NCBI GenBank assembly: GCA_036251765.1
Contig: JAZANL010000025.1
Location: forward strand, 667 to 64,666
Origin: Thermoplasmatota archaeon
GTDB lineage: Archaea; Thermoplasmatota; Poseidoniia; Poseidoniales; Thalassarchaeaceae
Length of the DNA stretch: 64,000 nt
Direction of reading: 5' to 3'
Under the pieces are notes generated by a model. It made no database searches, was not told where the DNA came from, and saw only the letters and a list, made by a program, of their open reading frames with translations. Position numbers and translations under genes: made by a program. Below are positions 49,361-59,265 of the stretch, one piece after another; the first letter of the stretch is position 1; every line of letters starts with the position of its first letter.

Positions 49361-50656
49361 TCAATAAACCTTATTGGAATTAACAATCTCTCCATTTTTG
49401 ATAGTTATTCTAATCGGTGATGTTCCAGGTGTTTGGCACCATGAGTCAGCAGATGAAGACCATAGAATATTCAAGTCGGCAATTCCTCCTTCTGCAATTA
49501 CCCCCCGTGTGTCTCCAGGTTCTTGGAACATTGTCGAAGCTGGGTTCCGCGTCACAGCTGCGAGTGCAGCTATTGGATCAATGCCTAATCTGTGAGTTGC
49601 TAAACTTCCAATCAGTGGTAACGAAGTAATTGGGCAATTAGGATTGAAATCTGTTGCAAAAGAGAACGGCCAATCCTCTTCTATGCATTTATTTATCGGT
49701 AGATCGAGGCTCTTCCCAAGAACATAAGGGGTTCCCGGGAGAAAGGTCTGAACTGTACCCGACTCCGCCGCACTAACTCTGGAATCATCATTTGAGCATG
49801 CGACATGATCAGCACTAACTGATCCTAGTTCAGATGCCAACTGTAAGCCACCACTATCAATAAACTCATCCACATGTAGTCTCGATTCCATGCCATAAGA
49901 CTTCGATGCAGACACTATCTCCTCGGTTTGCTCGTTAGTGTACCACCCTTCTTCACAGAAAACGTCTACCCATTTTGCCAGAGACAACTCGGAAACAACA
50001 GGCAATTGTTCGGTTATGAGATGTTCTACATACTCATCCCTAGACATCTCTTTGGGAAAATCGTGTGCTCCCAGCCAAGTTGCTTGAACGTCGCAAGCGG
50101 ACATCCTGTCTATCACAGATATTGACTCAAGAAGCTTAACTTCAGAGTCTAAATCCAATCCATAACCACTCTTAGCTTCGATCGAAGTTGTCCCGTTCTT
50201 CATTGCCGTCTCGAGCCTTCTGAGACCACTTTCGACAATATGATTCTGGGGAGTACTTCGAGTACTGTTCACAGTCTTCATTATCCCGCCTCCAATCTTG
50301 GCGATTTCTTTGTACGTCTTTCCTGATATCCTCATGGCTAGCTCATTTGATCTATCCCCAGACCAAACTAGATGTGTGTGACTGTCTACGAATCCGGGCA
50401 CGACAGACATTCCCCCGACATCAATCACCCTAGTTCCGCCATCCTCACTCTTGGTTGGGTACCATGGAGCATACTCGGCAACCAGATCTTGCATTGGCTC
50501 GATTTTCAGGATCTTGCCAGAATCTATGAGAATCCCAATTCCCGGAGGTGAAATCAGGGCCTCCCTCTCCAACATTCTATTTCCCGAAAGGGGGAATTCG
50601 TCATCACCAGTAGATAGATGTGCAACTTCACCACAGTTGTACAGCAGGGTCCTCAT
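49361..50656 (-). CDS. hutI: Imidazolonepropionase
   Basis: PGFVDSHTH, EAKSGYGL, LGAH, DVFCE, LHVDE, ATDFNP. Confidence 0.94.
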   Translation of the reverse strand: MRTLLYNCGEVAHLSTGDDEFPLSGNRMLEREALISPPGIGILIDSGKILKIEPMQDLVAEYAPWYPTKSEDGGTRVIDVGGMSVVPGFVDSHTHLVWSGDRSNELAMRISGKTYKEIAKIGGGIMKTVNSTRSTPQNHIVESGLRRLETAMKNGTTSIEAKSGYGLDLDSEVKLLESISVIDRMSACDVQATWLGAHDFPKEMSRDEYVEHLITEQLPVVSELSLAKWVDVFCEEGWYTNEQTEEIVSASKSYGMESRLHVDEFIDSGGLQLASELGSVSADHVACSNDDSRVSAAESGTVQTFLPGTPYVLGKSLDLPINKCIEEDWPFSFATDFNPNCPITSLPLIGSLATHRLGIDPIAALAAVTRNPASTMFQEPGDTRGVIAEGGIADLNILWSSSADSWCQTPGTSPIRITIKNGEIVNSNKVY

Positions 50657-50707
50657 GATTGCTGGAGATTCCGATAGTTGAAAGAACTCGCGCCCATGGG
50701 AGGGGGT

Positions 50708-51715
50708 ATGAGTGGCATTATACTAGGTATAGAAAGCACTGCTCACACCTTCTCTTTTGGTAGCGTAAGTACTCAAGGAGACCTCTTCCCTTCATTTTCT
50801 TCACTATTCCGACCAGATGAGGGAGGAATCCATCCACGAGAGGCTGCTGATCATCACTCCGAATCAACCTCAAAGCTACTCAACCAGTTCTCAAGCGAAA
50901 GGGATTTTTCTTGGGACTCAATTGTTGCAGTAGCATTTAGCCAGGGTCCCGGACTTGGCCCTTGCCTCCGTGTCGGAGCCTCAGTAGCTAGAACTCTGGC
51001 AACACGACTCTCTGTCCCTTTGATTGGAGTAAACCATTGCGTTGCCCACATAGAAGTTGGAAGGAATCAGACTGGCTGTATCGACCCAGTATTACTGTAT
51101 GTTAGCGGAGGAAATACTCAGGTGATAGCAAGAGCCGATGGCCGCTATCGAGTTCTAGGTGAGACATTGGATATCGGAATAGGAAACATGCTGGACAAAT
51201 TTGGTAGGTCCCAGGGTATGCCTTTTCCAGGAGGTCCAAAAATCGAGAAGCTTTCTCTGAAGCATTCGCAGAAAGGCCCGCAATCACTCGAAGAGGTATA
51301 TCTCCCATATGGTGTGCACGGGATGGATCTAGCATTCTCAGGCATGCTCACAGCAGCAAACCAGAAGGTTTCCGAAGGCATGCCACTGGAACAAGTTTGT
51401 TGGTCTCTTCAGGAGCACTCTTTTGCCACATGTGTTGAAGTTGCAGAGAGGGCTCTCGCACATACTGGAAAGTCAGAACTATTGTTGGGCGGAGGAGTTG
51501 CGTGTAATGAAAGGCTCAGAGAAATGAGCAGAATAATGTGTGAAGAGAGGGGGGCTATCTGCTATTGGCCCGAAAAACCATTCTGTATTGACAATGGAAC
51601 GATGATCGCTGAGCTAGGTAGGAGAATGCTCGAATCCGGCATAGAAACACCGATTATGAGTAGCGCCATCGATCCGTCACTCAGGACCGATAACACAGCC
51701 GTTGTGTGGCCATAA
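50708..51715 (+). CDS. kae1: tRNA t6A synthase Kae1 (not fused to Bud32)
   Basis: LGIESTAH, GIHPREAA, GPGLGPCL, NHCVAHIE, VSGGNT, DNGTMIA. Confidence 0.95.
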   Translation: MSGIILGIESTAHTFSFGSVSTQGDLFPSFSSLFRPDEGGIHPREAADHHSESTSKLLNQFSSERDFSWDSIVAVAFSQGPGLGPCLRVGASVARTLATRLSVPLIGVNHCVAHIEVGRNQTGCIDPVLLYVSGGNTQVIARADGRYRVLGETLDIGIGNMLDKFGRSQGMPFPGGPKIEKLSLKHSQKGPQSLEEVYLPYGVHGMDLAFSGMLTAANQKVSEGMPLEQVCWSLQEHSFATCVEVAERALAHTGKSELLLGGGVACNERLREMSRIMCEERGAICYWPEKPFCIDNGTMIAELGRRMLESGIETPIMSSAIDPSLRTDNTAVVWP

Positions 51716-51730
51716 AAATAACGAACTCTT

Positions 51731-52621
51731 ATGAGAGTCCGTCCAACCGGTTGTTTGAGGATTGATTCGAAAGTGCAGAGGAGACGTAAGAAGAAGGCTG
51801 CCCCAAAGAACATTTTCGGGTCCGTTTCACAACCTGCTCAGAAACCAAGGAAAACAACCACGAGTAAAAACAATCCATCTAGGCCTAGGTCTCAGATAGC
51901 TCCCCCGCCATCAGTTCCAGGTGCTAAGCCAAAGAAAATTTCACCACCAGAACCACGTATGATAGAACCTACTTCACAATCCGAAGAAATCTCAACTCCA
52001 CTTGAGGAAACCACGCCTCCTCAGCAGGAAAATGTTGTAGATCCTGCTCCCGTGGAAACCGTAGAAGCAGATCCCGAAGTGAAGGAAGAAGACATCATTC
52101 AGGACCAGATTCTTGGGGAAAGCACAAGGAAAGACATAGGCCTCGATAAGAAAAACGATCAATCGCCTGAAGAACGCATTGTCGAGGAAGGCCATGGAAA
52201 GAGTTTGAAGGCTAGGCAGATTATTCAGGATAGTATGCTGAAAGCATCTCTTGCCGTGGAAGAGGCAAAGACACAGAAGAAAATCCAGCAAGAGGCCCCG
52301 TCCACTGTTGAGGTACCAAAGAAGCCTCAGAAGAAATTCAAGAGCAAGACTTCATCATATCAACCAGCAAACAGGGCTAAGAGATTGGATAGAAGTAGAC
52401 ACATGGAGTACAAGTATGAAATGCGCGGCCTTCTTTCCGATATTGGAATTGCAGAAGAGCATCGTTCAAACCTCCTCGCTACGATATGGGCTAGGGGTGA
52501 AAGGCAAACTACCAAGGAGGCCAAGGAATTCTTAGAGGAGAAACTCAGCGAGGGAATAATCGATGAAGATCAAATGACGTCTCTAGAAAAGATAGTTGAA
52601 GGATATACTGTTAGAAGATAA
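51731..52621 (+). CDS. Hypothetical protein: disordered N-terminus, helical C-terminal domain
   Basis: Long ORF filling the gap; P/K/E-rich region then ~75 aa helical domain; start uncertain. Confidence 0.7.
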   Translation: MRVRPTGCLRIDSKVQRRRKKKAAPKNIFGSVSQPAQKPRKTTTSKNNPSRPRSQIAPPPSVPGAKPKKISPPEPRMIEPTSQSEEISTPLEETTPPQQENVVDPAPVETVEADPEVKEEDIIQDQILGESTRKDIGLDKKNDQSPEERIVEEGHGKSLKARQIIQDSMLKASLAVEEAKTQKKIQQEAPSTVEVPKKPQKKFKSKTSSYQPANRAKRLDRSRHMEYKYEMRGLLSDIGIAEEHRSNLLATIWARGERQTTKEAKEFLEEKLSEGIIDEDQMTSLEKIVEGYTVRR

Positions 52622-52684
52622 GAATTGAGAATGGTTCATGGGTCTAAACCCTCTGGGCATAACGTGGTAGAAAAGACAGACAGT

Positions 52685-54196
52685 ATGGACGGAGCGCCCC
52701 CGAATTCTCCGGGTTCTCCTCCATACCGCAGGGGCATCCATACTGGAATGTACAGAGACAAGCTCTGGACAATGAGGCAGTATGCCGGTTTCTCATCACC
52801 CGCAAATACGAATAAGCGATTCAAAACCCTCCTGGAAAGTGGCCAGACAGGCATCTCCATAGCGTTTGATCTACCTACTCAACTAGGTCTGGATTCTGAT
52901 GACGAACTCGCATCTGGCGAGGTCGGTAAGGTTGGGGTGCCAATAGACTCAATCCATGACATGCGTGAGTTATTTTCCGGGATAGATATGTCCTCGATAT
53001 CGACATCAATGACGATAAATGCACCAGCAACAACCCTCCTTGCATTGTATGTGGCGGTAGCTGAAGAGAAAGGAATAGCAATAGATTCGTTAACCGGAAC
53101 CGTACAGAATGATATTCTGAAAGAATACATATCTCGAGGTTTGTACATCTTCCCCCCCGAACAATCGATTCGATTGACTACAGATCTAATGTCTTGGTGC
53201 AATACAAACGCACCCAGGTGGAATACCATTTCAATTAGTGGCTACCACATGAGGGAGGCCGGGTGTACTGCCTCACAGGAAATCGCTCTTACATTAGCAA
53301 ATGCTATTTTCTATTCTAGAAAGGCGTTAGAGGCTGGTATGAAAATAGATGATTTCGCACCCAGAATGTCCTTTTTCTTTGCCTGCCATAATAATTTCAT
53401 AGAAGAGGTCAGTAAATTCAGGGCAGCAAGGCAACTGTGGTATGAATTGGTAGAGCATGAGTTCTCCCCCAGCGATCCAAAATCTTCACAGTTGAGATTT
53501 CACACCCAAACATCGGGAGTTACACTAACAGCACAACAACCCATGAATAATGCCATTAGAGTAGCATATCAAGCACTCTCTGCCGTCTTTGGAGGAACAC
53601 AATCACTGCATACCAATAGCTTCGATGAGGCTTTGGGTCTACCAACAGAAGAGTCAGCAAGACTAGCACTGCGAACCCAGCAGATTATAGCAGAGGAATT
53701 GGGAATTACGGAGCATGTTGATCCACTTGGTGGCTCTTCAACAATAGAAGATCATACTGATGATTTGATCGATCAAGCACGCTCTATAATACATGATATA
53801 GAGATGTTAGGCGGAGCTATGGAGTGCGTGAAATCAGGCCACCAACAGAGAATAATCCATGAAAGCGCATGGGATCAGATTCGCAGAGTAGAGGATAAGA
53901 GTGAGCTTGTCGTAGGCGTCAACTCCCATGTTGATGACGAAGAGCCAGATTTCGAAGGGCTCATCCTCGACTCCAGCGAAGCTAAATCTAAGGTCTCGCA
54001 GTTAATCGATATGAAATCAAAAAGAGATATAGGACCAGTCGAAGAGTCATTATCCGAGCTTAGACGCTATTGCAGAAATGGCTCCAACGTTATGCCGGCG
54101 ATAATTTCTGCTGTTAAAGCAGAGGCAACCGTAGGAGAGGTCAACAGTGTTTTGAGAGAAGAGTTCGGGACATGGGTCGCCCCAAGTGGTGTTTGA
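52685..54196 (+). CDS. Methylmalonyl-CoA mutase, catalytic large subunit
   Basis: WTMRQYAGF (Tyr determinant), QNDILKEYISRG, SISGYHMREAG, GGTQSLHTN. Confidence 0.94.
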   Translation: MDGAPPNSPGSPPYRRGIHTGMYRDKLWTMRQYAGFSSPANTNKRFKTLLESGQTGISIAFDLPTQLGLDSDDELASGEVGKVGVPIDSIHDMRELFSGIDMSSISTSMTINAPATTLLALYVAVAEEKGIAIDSLTGTVQNDILKEYISRGLYIFPPEQSIRLTTDLMSWCNTNAPRWNTISISGYHMREAGCTASQEIALTLANAIFYSRKALEAGMKIDDFAPRMSFFFACHNNFIEEVSKFRAARQLWYELVEHEFSPSDPKSSQLRFHTQTSGVTLTAQQPMNNAIRVAYQALSAVFGGTQSLHTNSFDEALGLPTEESARLALRTQQIIAEELGITEHVDPLGGSSTIEDHTDDLIDQARSIIHDIEMLGGAMECVKSGHQQRIIHESAWDQIRRVEDKSELVVGVNSHVDDEEPDFEGLILDSSEAKSKVSQLIDMKSKRDIGPVEESLSELRRYCRNGSNVMPAIISAVKAEATVGEVNSVLREEFGTWVAPSGV

Positions 54197-54604
54197 ATGA
54201 CTAGAGGTACTGTAAATCACATAGGAATAGCGACTTCATCTCTTGATGGATCAGAGGAACTATGGTCAAAATTGGGTTTCTCAAACTCAGTGGACAAGGT
54301 TAACGAAGAACAGGGTGTGAGAATCAGGTACCTACATGGCTCGGGCGACACTAGAATAGAACTTTTAGAGCCACTATCAGAGGATACCCCCGTAGGGCGC
54401 TTCATAGAAAAAAGAGGACCAGGTCTTCAACAGATTGCAATAGATGTTGAAGATTTAGATTCGATGATATCAGAATTGATTGGAATTGGGGTCACAATGG
54501 TTTCAGAGGAACCCGTCGTTGGTTCAGATGGGGTCCGAGTAGCCTTCATCCACCCTTCATCTGCAGGGGGGGTACTCATAGAATTAGTAGAATCTGCCAA
54601 GTGA
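54197..54604 (+). CDS. mce: Methylmalonyl-CoA epimerase
   Basis: NHIGIA, IELLEP, AFIHP..GGVLIEL; directly after the mutase. Confidence 0.9.
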   Translation: MTRGTVNHIGIATSSLDGSEELWSKLGFSNSVDKVNEEQGVRIRYLHGSGDTRIELLEPLSEDTPVGRFIEKRGPGLQQIAIDVEDLDSMISELIGIGVTMVSEEPVVGSDGVRVAFIHPSSAGGVLIELVESAK

Positions 54605-54638
54605 GAATCATCAAAAAGAAACTGCATCTCGGATCATC

Positions 54639-54941
54639 ATGATTACTTCATTGGGCAGATTCGATAATCTAGGTGAGGCATCTGTCGGAGAAATTGAGTT
54701 AGAACGAGACTTCATCAGAGACTCTCTTGAGGTTCTGAGGGGAACAGGCCAGATTTCCAATGACGCATTCCTAGACGCAGGAACCATTCAAGGCGGGCTT
54801 TCCCTTCTTCTAAGCCTCATATCCCAGGGTATTTCTGAAGAAGAAGCAGCCATCCAACTAAACAGCCTCAAGCAAAGGGCAAATTCGCTTGAAGAAAAAT
54901 ATCCAGGATTAGATGAAAAGATTGAGAAAATACGAAAGTAA
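54639..54941 (+). CDS. Hypothetical helical protein
   Basis: 100-aa ORF filling the gap. Confidence 0.65.
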   Translation: MITSLGRFDNLGEASVGEIELERDFIRDSLEVLRGTGQISNDAFLDAGTIQGGLSLLLSLISQGISEEEAAIQLNSLKQRANSLEEKYPGLDEKIEKIRK

Positions 54942-54970
54942 TATCCCAGTAATACTCCAGTAATATTATA
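54937..54970 (+). promoter_or_regulatory. Three AGTAATA direct repeats at 11-bp period running into a TATA box
   Basis: AGTAATA at 54937, 54948, 54959; TATTATA at 54964-54970, ~24 nt before ATG 54994. Confidence 0.65.
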
Positions 54971-54993
54971 TCCCTACCCAAGTTCGGTAGGTT

Positions 54994-55155
54994 ATGCCCA
55001 AGATTAGCCTGGACATGCCAAATGAAATCGTTTCCGATCTCAAGGAACACGTTGGCGACTCGAAGAAATTCGTTAGCTTGGCTGACGCAATTAGGACTGC
55101 TTGTAGGAAGATGCTCGATCAATTAGACGAAATTGACTCAAGACACGGGAGGTGA
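54994..55155 (+). CDS. Ribbon-helix-helix (CopG/Arc/MetJ) regulator, 53 aa, not in ORF track
   Basis: MPKISLDMPNEIVSDLKEHVGDSKKFVSLADAIRTACRKMLDQLDEIDSRHGR*; its 3' end carries the GGAGGTGA RBS of folE. Confidence 0.85.
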   Translation: MPKISLDMPNEIVSDLKEHVGDSKKFVSLADAIRTACRKMLDQLDEIDSRHGR

Positions 55156-55159
55156 AGAA

Positions 55160-55738
55160 ATGAGCAAACCCGGCAGGGAAGACGCAATTGATGCAGTCCG
55201 TGCTCTAGTTCGCTACATAGAACAGTGCGGACCAGACCTACGTGAGGGCCTAGAAAATACCCCCCAGAGAGTAATCAACTCATTTGAAGAGATTTTTTGT
55301 GGATATACTCAGGATGCCGACGACATTCTCAACTCGACATTCAACGCAGAGGGGTACGATGGCATCGTTCTGCTCAGGGACATCGAGTTCCACAGCACCT
55401 GCGAGCACCATCTCCAACCCTTCTCTGGAAGGGCCCACGTGGCATACATCCCTGTAGACAGGATAGTCGGGATTAGCAAGCTAGCTAGGCTTGTCGACAT
55501 GCACGCAAAGAGGCTTCAGAACCAAGAGAGGATAACGAAGGGAATAACGGACGACTTGATGGAGCACCTAGAGCCAAAGGGCTGCGCCGCGATCATCGAA
55601 GCTCAGCATGGATGCATGAGGTGCAGGGGAGTACAGAAGCAGAATTCGGTTATGACAACTAGTTCGATGAGAGGGGCCTTCTTCGACAAGTCCGAGGCTC
55701 GTTCGGAGTTGCTGCAACTTATTCGCAGTCCACCTTAG
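55160..55738 (+). CDS. folE: GTP cyclohydrolase I (FolE, type IA)
   Basis: REGLENTPQRV, STCEHHLQPF, GISKLAR, RLQNQER, HGCMRCRG. Confidence 0.94.
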   Translation: MSKPGREDAIDAVRALVRYIEQCGPDLREGLENTPQRVINSFEEIFCGYTQDADDILNSTFNAEGYDGIVLLRDIEFHSTCEHHLQPFSGRAHVAYIPVDRIVGISKLARLVDMHAKRLQNQERITKGITDDLMEHLEPKGCAAIIEAQHGCMRCRGVQKQNSVMTTSSMRGAFFDKSEARSELLQLIRSPP

Positions 55739-55750
55739 GGGCGTAGAGAA

Positions 55751-56347
55751 ATGGTAAACTATCCTATAGTAGAGATATTCCATTCAGTCCAGGGTGAGGG
55801 TTTTCACAGCGGCGTTCCCCACGTCTTCGTGAGGTTCGGTAACTGCAACCTAAGGTGCGAGTGGTGTGACACCGACTTCATGGTCTACGAGGAGATGGAC
55901 TTGGATTCCATAGTCGAGCAGGTGCTATCCTACGAATGCGACAGGGTGATCTTCACTGGGGGGGAGCCCGCAATGCAGGATCTTTCGACCATAGGCAATC
56001 GCCTCAAGGAGCACGGCATAAAACTCTCCATAGAGACCAATGGCACCATAGAAGTGGACCCCATAATCGACTGGATATGCGTCAGCCCAAAGGACCAGTT
56101 GTACCCAAATGTGGCTATCAGACAGAGGACTGGCGATGAGTTGAAAGTAGTTTTTTGCGGGCAGCCTCTAGACATATATGACGATCTGAAGGATGGTTTC
56201 ACACACCATTTCATTCAACCATGCTACATCGATACCGATTCTGTGGAGCAGAACGGGAGGAACTTCCAGCTCGTGGAGAAATTGGTGAAGGAGAGCCCCG
56301 GATGGAGGCTCAGCTTACAGACTCACAAGTGGATGGGGGTTCTCTGA
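55751..56347 (+). CDS. queE: 7-carboxy-7-deazaguanine synthase (radical SAM)
   Basis: EIFHSVQGEG, CNLRCEWCDT, TGGEP, ETNGT, SLQTHK. Confidence 0.94.
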   Translation: MVNYPIVEIFHSVQGEGFHSGVPHVFVRFGNCNLRCEWCDTDFMVYEEMDLDSIVEQVLSYECDRVIFTGGEPAMQDLSTIGNRLKEHGIKLSIETNGTIEVDPIIDWICVSPKDQLYPNVAIRQRTGDELKVVFCGQPLDIYDDLKDGFTHHFIQPCYIDTDSVEQNGRNFQLVEKLVKESPGWRLSLQTHKWMGVL

Positions 56348-57126
56348 TGCGTGCTGTTATGGCGCTATCAGGTGGAATGGACAGCACCGGCCTACTGATG
56401 AGGCTACTTGCTGATGGGTACAAGGTCAGTTGCTTGTCATTCGACTACGGGCAGAAGCACTCAATAGAGTTGGAGAGGGCCAAAGAGAATATCAGTTACC
56501 TCTCGCAAAATGGCATCCATGTGGATCATATGATAGCGGAACTAGGTTCGGTAATGGGACTATTCCAATCTGCTCTAACTACCGAGGGGATAGAAGTCCC
56601 AGAGGGTCACTATGAGTCAGTCCAGATGAAGCAGACTGTCGTCCCGAACAGGAACGCTATCTTCTCATCCATACTGTATGGATACGCCCTATCCGTGGCG
56701 CTCAGAGAGGGTAAGGAGACGAAAATTGCGCTGGGGGTCCACAGCGGCGACCACGAGATCTACCCAGACTGCCGCCCCGAGTTCTACGAAGCGATAGGCG
56801 AGGCCTTCCACATCGGGAACTGGGATAGCGAACTCGTCTCGTTCCATCTGCCATACATCGACGGCGACAAGGAGACCATCCTAACGGACTCGGATCAGGC
56901 GATCCGTTCCCTGGGGCTCGACTTCGATACTGTCTTCTCCAACACTAACACATCCTACAACCCAGACGAGTTAGGTCGTAGCTCTGGAAAATCAGGAGCC
57001 GATGTGGAGAGGATTCTGGCATTCCACTCCATAGGCAGGAAGGACCCGGTTGAGTACGTGGATGGGTGGGAATCCGCCCTTGAGAACGCGCTGATGGAGG
57101 CCGAGAAACACGAGGAGATAACATGA
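56347..57126 (+). CDS. queC: 7-cyano-7-deazaguanine synthase
   Basis: LSGGMDS, FDYGQKH, VVPNRNAIF, HSGDH..YPDCRPEF; TGATG overlap with queE. Confidence 0.93.
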   Translation: MRAVMALSGGMDSTGLLMRLLADGYKVSCLSFDYGQKHSIELERAKENISYLSQNGIHVDHMIAELGSVMGLFQSALTTEGIEVPEGHYESVQMKQTVVPNRNAIFSSILYGYALSVALREGKETKIALGVHSGDHEIYPDCRPEFYEAIGEAFHIGNWDSELVSFHLPYIDGDKETILTDSDQAIRSLGLDFDTVFSNTNTSYNPDELGRSSGKSGADVERILAFHSIGRKDPVEYVDGWESALENALMEAEKHEEIT

Positions 57127-57542
57127 GTCGTGATGAGCCGAGATTTGATCCGGAAAGGGATGAGGAGTGGAGGTCAAGATTGACCCCACTGCAGTACCAC
57201 GTTACCAGAGAAGGAGGTACTGAGAGACCTGGTACAGGATCACTGAACATGGAGGACAGGGACGGAGACTACTTCTGCATCTGCTGTGGGAACCTACTTT
57301 TCACTAGCCAGATGAAGTACGACTCTGGTTGCGGGTGGCCCGCCTTCCACACAGAGCACCCCGAAGCCGGGATAAGAAGGCTTGAGGACACCAGCCACGG
57401 AATGGTTCGCGTTGAAGTCAGGTGCAAAGACTGTGACGCCCATCTAGGACACGTCTTCGATGATGGCCCATTGAGTCTCGGAGGCGAGAGATACTGCATC
57501 AACTCAGCAAGTCTGGACTTCGTACCGGAGGCATCACAATGA
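57123..57542 (+). CDS. msrB: Peptide-methionine (R)-S-oxide reductase
   Basis: GTERP, CICC, SGCGWPAF, HLGHVF.DGP, RYCINS. Confidence 0.95.
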   Translation: MSRDEPRFDPERDEEWRSRLTPLQYHVTREGGTERPGTGSLNMEDRDGDYFCICCGNLLFTSQMKYDSGCGWPAFHTEHPEAGIRRLEDTSHGMVRVEVRCKDCDAHLGHVFDDGPLSLGGERYCINSASLDFVPEASQ

Positions 57543-57994
57543 GCACTTCGATAAGACGCTGGGTAGAGACAGATACCGGCCACAGGGTCCCTAACCACAA
57601 GAGCAAGTGCAAACACATTCACGGCCATAGGTATCGCTGGGAGGCTGAGTTGGAGGGCGATGTTGTAACAGAGAAAGGCGTGTCAGATGAGGGCATGTTG
57701 ATGGACTTCTCCGATCTGTCTAGAATCCTAGAGGAAAATATCCACGATGTAATCGACCATGCTTTCGTAGTATTCGAGGGAGATGAAGACGCAAGAGCAG
57801 CGCTATCAATGATGGGTGAAGCCCACAAGACACTAGTCGTCCCATTTGTGCCTACGGCAGAGAATCTTGCCAGATGGGCATTCGAGCAGATCGATCCTCA
57901 CATCAAATCCTCGTACGGCAACTCCCTAAGGTTGAGGGCATTCCACGTCCGAGAAACCCCCAAGTCTTGGGCTAGTTGGAATCCTTCTGATTAG
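57539..57994 (+). CDS. queD: 6-carboxytetrahydropterin synthase
   Basis: GHRV..KCKHIHGHRY, MDF..DH, PTAENLA, ETP. Confidence 0.92.
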   Translation: MSTSIRRWVETDTGHRVPNHKSKCKHIHGHRYRWEAELEGDVVTEKGVSDEGMLMDFSDLSRILEENIHDVIDHAFVVFEGDEDARAALSMMGEAHKTLVVPFVPTAENLARWAFEQIDPHIKSSYGNSLRLRAFHVRETPKSWASWNPSD

Positions 57995-58778
57995 CATCAA
58001 TATCCCATTCTAGCTTCTTTGATAGCGAGTTCTTTGACATGCTAATAACCCCAATAATTCTATGAATTTCATCATCCTTGGGAAGTCCTCGAAGAATAAC
58101 TCTGTTGAGAGTCTCTTCAATCCCAGATTTCTTATGGTTCTGGGTTGGTAGTGACTTAACCAATTCACTGACCTCAGACTTTAGTTGCCTCCTCAAATTC
58201 GGATCCAGCAATCTACCTCCAGAGCCACTAGTAATCGTATTACTGAATGAAACATGCCATGAATAGCATATTATCGACACTGCATGACTTAGATTGAGTA
58301 TTGGATATCCCTCCCAAGAAGGGATTGTGACTAGCAGATCGCACGCAACGAGCTGATCATTCAGGAGCCCCTTTCCTTCAGGGCCAAAGACTAATGCAAC
58401 CCTCCCATCTACTCCAGAAAGCCTCTCAGGCAGCTCATCTGGCAGTAGGAAGTGCCTCATAGCAGTCTTCTCACCGTCTTCCCTCTTTCCTGAAGTGCCC
58501 ACTACTATCGAACAATCTGCAACTGCCTCATCCAATGTATTCACAATCTTACATTCGTCGAGAACTACCTGAGCGTTCTTTGCACGTTTTCGCGTTTCAT
58601 CGGACCAATCACCCTCTCTACCCACGACTCTCAAATCAGAAATTCCGAAATTTAGCATCGAACGTGCGACTGCACCAATGTTCCCGTCATGTTCAGGCTC
58701 TACAAGAACAATGCAGACAGACGAGCTATATGCTGGTAGAGAATCTTCACGCCTCTCTCCCATGAGATCGCGAGACAC
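57972..58778 (-). CDS. trmJ: SPOUT tRNA methyltransferase, TrmJ family
   Basis: IVLVEP..GNIGAVARSM.NFG, LVFGPEGKGL, YPILNLSHAV. Confidence 0.88.
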   Translation of the reverse strand: MSRDLMGERREDSLPAYSSSVCIVLVEPEHDGNIGAVARSMLNFGISDLRVVGREGDWSDETRKRAKNAQVVLDECKIVNTLDEAVADCSIVVGTSGKREDGEKTAMRHFLLPDELPERLSGVDGRVALVFGPEGKGLLNDQLVACDLLVTIPSWEGYPILNLSHAVSIICYSWHVSFSNTITSGSGGRLLDPNLRRQLKSEVSELVKSLPTQNHKKSGIEETLNRVILRGLPKDDEIHRIIGVISMSKNSLSKKLEWDIDANQKDSN

Positions 58779-58799
58779 CCATAGGTGATGAGTAGTCCG

Positions 58800-58994
58800 T
58801 TAGTCCACTCTTCGCTGTTTGTACCTGGTGATATAACCCGCAATCCAGTTTCTCATCCTTTTATTATTGCCAACATCAGAGAATTCAGATACAAGATGCT
58901 TGTTTTTCTCGAAATCGTCGGTAAATTGATCCGGATACATCTCCACTAACCTCAGAGCCCTGGATTTAATGAATGAAGGTCTGATATTTCCCAT
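58800..58994 (-). CDS. rps17e: 30S ribosomal protein S17e
   Basis: [25 protein letters not shown]. Confidence 0.96.
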   Translation of the reverse strand: MGNIRPSFIKSRALRLVEMYPDQFTDDFEKNKHLVSEFSDVGNNKRMRNWIAGYITRYKQRRVD

Positions 58995-58996
58995 AT

Positions 58997-59260
58997 TTAT
59001 TCCTCCAGTAGTTTTACTTCAATCGGAAAACCCTCTTCTCTAGTGCAAACGACCCTGATCTTCCTAGGAGGATTCTGCATCCCCCTGGCCCAAATTGCAT
59101 GATTTACTGACTCGTCAATCCAAATCTCCTCTTCATCAGTTTTCTTCATGTGCCTCGAAACATGAATTTTTACTTCTGCCATAGCTCTCTTTGCTCTATT
59201 GGTCCGGGGCACCTTCCAAGCGGCCCTTAGTGGGATTGTGATCTCCTTTATCTCTGCCAT
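58997..59260 (-). CDS. rpl31e: 50S ribosomal protein L31e
   Basis: [30 protein letters not shown]. Confidence 0.95.
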   Translation of the reverse strand: MAEIKEITIPLRAAWKVPRTNRAKRAMAEVKIHVSRHMKKTDEEEIWIDESVNHAIWARGMQNPPRKIRVVCTREEGFPIEVKLLEE

Positions 59261-59265
59261 AAATT

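Noticed and set aside
54868..55122. 84-aa minus-strand ORF from the track
   Set aside because: Antisense to the better-supported RHH gene and its promoter
55160..57994. dpd-type DNA modification or defence island
   Set aside because: No dpdA/TGT paralogue, helicase or nuclease nearby; archaeosine supply is the simpler explanation
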